This document shows positions 62,501-64,000 of a stretch of DNA of 64,000 bases, in pieces (position 1 is the stretch's first letter; every line of letters begins with the position of its first letter). Below the pieces are notes generated by a model that did no database searches, had not been told where the DNA came from, and saw only the letters and a program-made list of their open reading frames with translations. A program made the position numbers and the translations under genes. Location: positions 4,092,001-4,156,000 of the forward strand of contig JAWMAR010000010.1 in assembly GCA_036785375.1 (NCBI GenBank), read 5' to 3'. The DNA is from Leucoraja ocellata. Lineage: Eukaryota.

Positions 62501-62940
62501 TAGATTGGCCCAGCACGAAAACCCAACTGAAACTTGAACTCAGGATTAGATGAAAAGTCATACTTTATAATCTACGAACCTATCTCCAATGACGTATTAT
62601 AAGTAATCCATTCCACCTTTTTTGTTTTTTTTTGATATGTGTAACTCTTTTTTCTCTCTTTCTCTCTTTTTCTATATTAAAAAACACTAGAAGCAGGAGT
62701 AATCGACAATTGAAAATTTTAGTAATGTATGACTGATGTATATGAAAAGTTTTTTTACTATAATATGTAACTATGCTTTATAATATGTCTACTTCTAATA
62801 AAAATATTATTAAAAATAAAAAAGGAATTTTGTAAGTTTCTATAAGATCTCCCCTCAATCTTCTAAATTCTAGCGAGTACAAGCTGAGTCTATCCAGTCT
62901 TTCTTCTTATGAAAATCCTGACATCCCAAGAATCAGTCTT
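59538..62940 (-). mobile_element. CR1-clade 3' fragment inserted in the DIRS YR (59538-59916 and 62825-62940), itself split by an L1
   Basis: ORF 59630-59893; the CR1 sequence resumes colinearly after the L1. Confidence 0.88.
59917..62824 (+). mobile_element. 5'-truncated L1-clade LINE (RT plus C-terminus, frameshifted)
   Basis: ORFs 60002-60196, 60406-61581 (LDAEKAFD, RGCRQG, LYADD) and 61574-62503. TSD GAATTTTG(A/T)AAGTTT at 59902-59916 / 62825-62839, decayed A tail. Confidence 0.92.
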
Positions 62941-63619
62941 CAGTTGCTCTTGAAGTTGCATTTCAATGAGAAAATAAGCTACAGTGCTCTAAATTGTGCC
63001 AGAAGTGTGCTGTCGTCATACTTGCTGCTTAGTTCAGAACACCAGGGTGTGAGATCTCATCCTTTAGTTTCAAGGTTCATGAGGGGAGTCTTTAATTTGA
63101 ACCTTCCTAGGCCCAGATATACTGAAATTTGGGATGTAGGGGTGGTCCTAAATGTACTTTGCTCATGGTCTCTAGCATCTTCCCTGTCTCTACTCCGGCT
63201 TAGGCACAAGGTAGCCATGCTCATGGCCTTAGTGTCAGCTCACCGGGTCCAGTCCTTGCAGAAGCTATGGCTGGACAGGATGCTCACCTCTGCCAGTGGG
63301 TTCATCTTTTTTGTGTACGACCCTATCAAACAGAGTAGACCAGCACCTTGGGACTTAAATTCGAATTCATTGCATACCCTTTGGATCCAAAATTATGTTT
63401 AGTTGCTCACCTCTAGCAATACATCAAGGTCACCAAGGGGCTAAGGGGGTCTGAGAGCATTATTGGTCAGCCACATGAAACCACATAAGAGGGTCTCAAC
63501 TCAGACCATTTCCAGGTGGCTGAAACAGGTTCTGCCGGATGCTGGGGATGATACTAAAATATTTAAATCTTATTCCTCCAGGGCTGCAGCAATGACATGG
63601 ACGTCCCGCTAGACCAGAT

Positions 63620-64000
63620 TTTAAAAAAAAATATATATTTTTTTAATTTATTAGAAGTACAGTAAATTACAGTAGTACAAGCCAGATATATCTTATTGCA
63701 TTTAATGTACCCCTTCATTTTTTAAGCTTTAAGGAAAAATAGAAATAAAGAAAGTAGAGAAAGTGAGAGAGCGACAGTAGTGTTTGTGTAAAAGAGTGAT
63801 CAATAAAAAAATATTTGTAAAAAACACATTAGTTAGAGAAAAGAATTAAGAAATAGACCCTAGAAAAGAAAGAAGGAAAAAGGAAAAAACAAAAAACAAA
63901 AGCTCTATTATAAAAACCACGCAAAAGGGATATACCAACTTCATATATTTCCTCCCCCCTTACCAGATCCTGACACCATTTATTTTTTGAAGTACTGATG
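63620..64000 (-). mobile_element. L1-clade 3' UTR/tail in reverse orientation, running off the window
   Basis: tttattagaagtac at about 63647 is the reverse complement of the gtacttctaataaa end of the 57561-59030 L1, and the 3' UTR is similar. Confidence 0.7.

Larger units (their letters stand above)
56190..63615 (+). mobile_element. DIRS-like retroelement (RT, RNase H, methyltransferase-like domain, tyrosine recombinase), decayed and carrying nested LINE insertions
   Basis: RT IDLKDVYYSVP...LPDGLTSAPRLFTK / AYLDDIL; RH LQTDAS, NYLEL, DNTTAVAYIN; MT DLFASRLNHQ|LPKY..FYTFPPF; YR AWRSSTQKQY, SYSALNCARSVLS, RPRYTEIWDV. Confidence 0.9.

Overview
This is eukaryotic DNA from a cartilaginous fish (inferred from cluster-type IgH organisation, elasmobranch-like VH/Cmu sequences and the repeat content; probably a skate or ray). 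The only host gene is one complete, apparently intact IgM heavy-chain cluster in unrearranged germline configuration on the + strand at 35832-49731. Its order is leader, VH, D1, D2, JH, Cmu1-Cmu4 with secretory tailpiece, TM1, TM2, and the RSS spacers run V23-12D1 22-12D2 12-23J. The rest of the window is dense with transposable elements: many CR1-clade LINE fragments, V-domain SINEs, Penelope-like, Rex1-like and Hero-like fragments, two DIRS tyrosine-recombinase retroelements, L1-like insertions with TSDs, a solo LTR and several MITEs. There is also a local segmental duplication and a 292-N assembly gap. Features worth follow-up are an inverted duplication with an octamer in each arm in the J-C intron (candidate Emu-like enhancer), an octamer module present at both about 2 kb and about 32 kb upstream of V, a Trp41-to-Leu change in the VH core, asymmetric secretory versus membrane poly(A) signals separated by CA-rich arrays, and direct repeats bracketing the whole cluster. 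No wholly new gene system could be supported. All alignments were done by eye, so percent identities are approximate.
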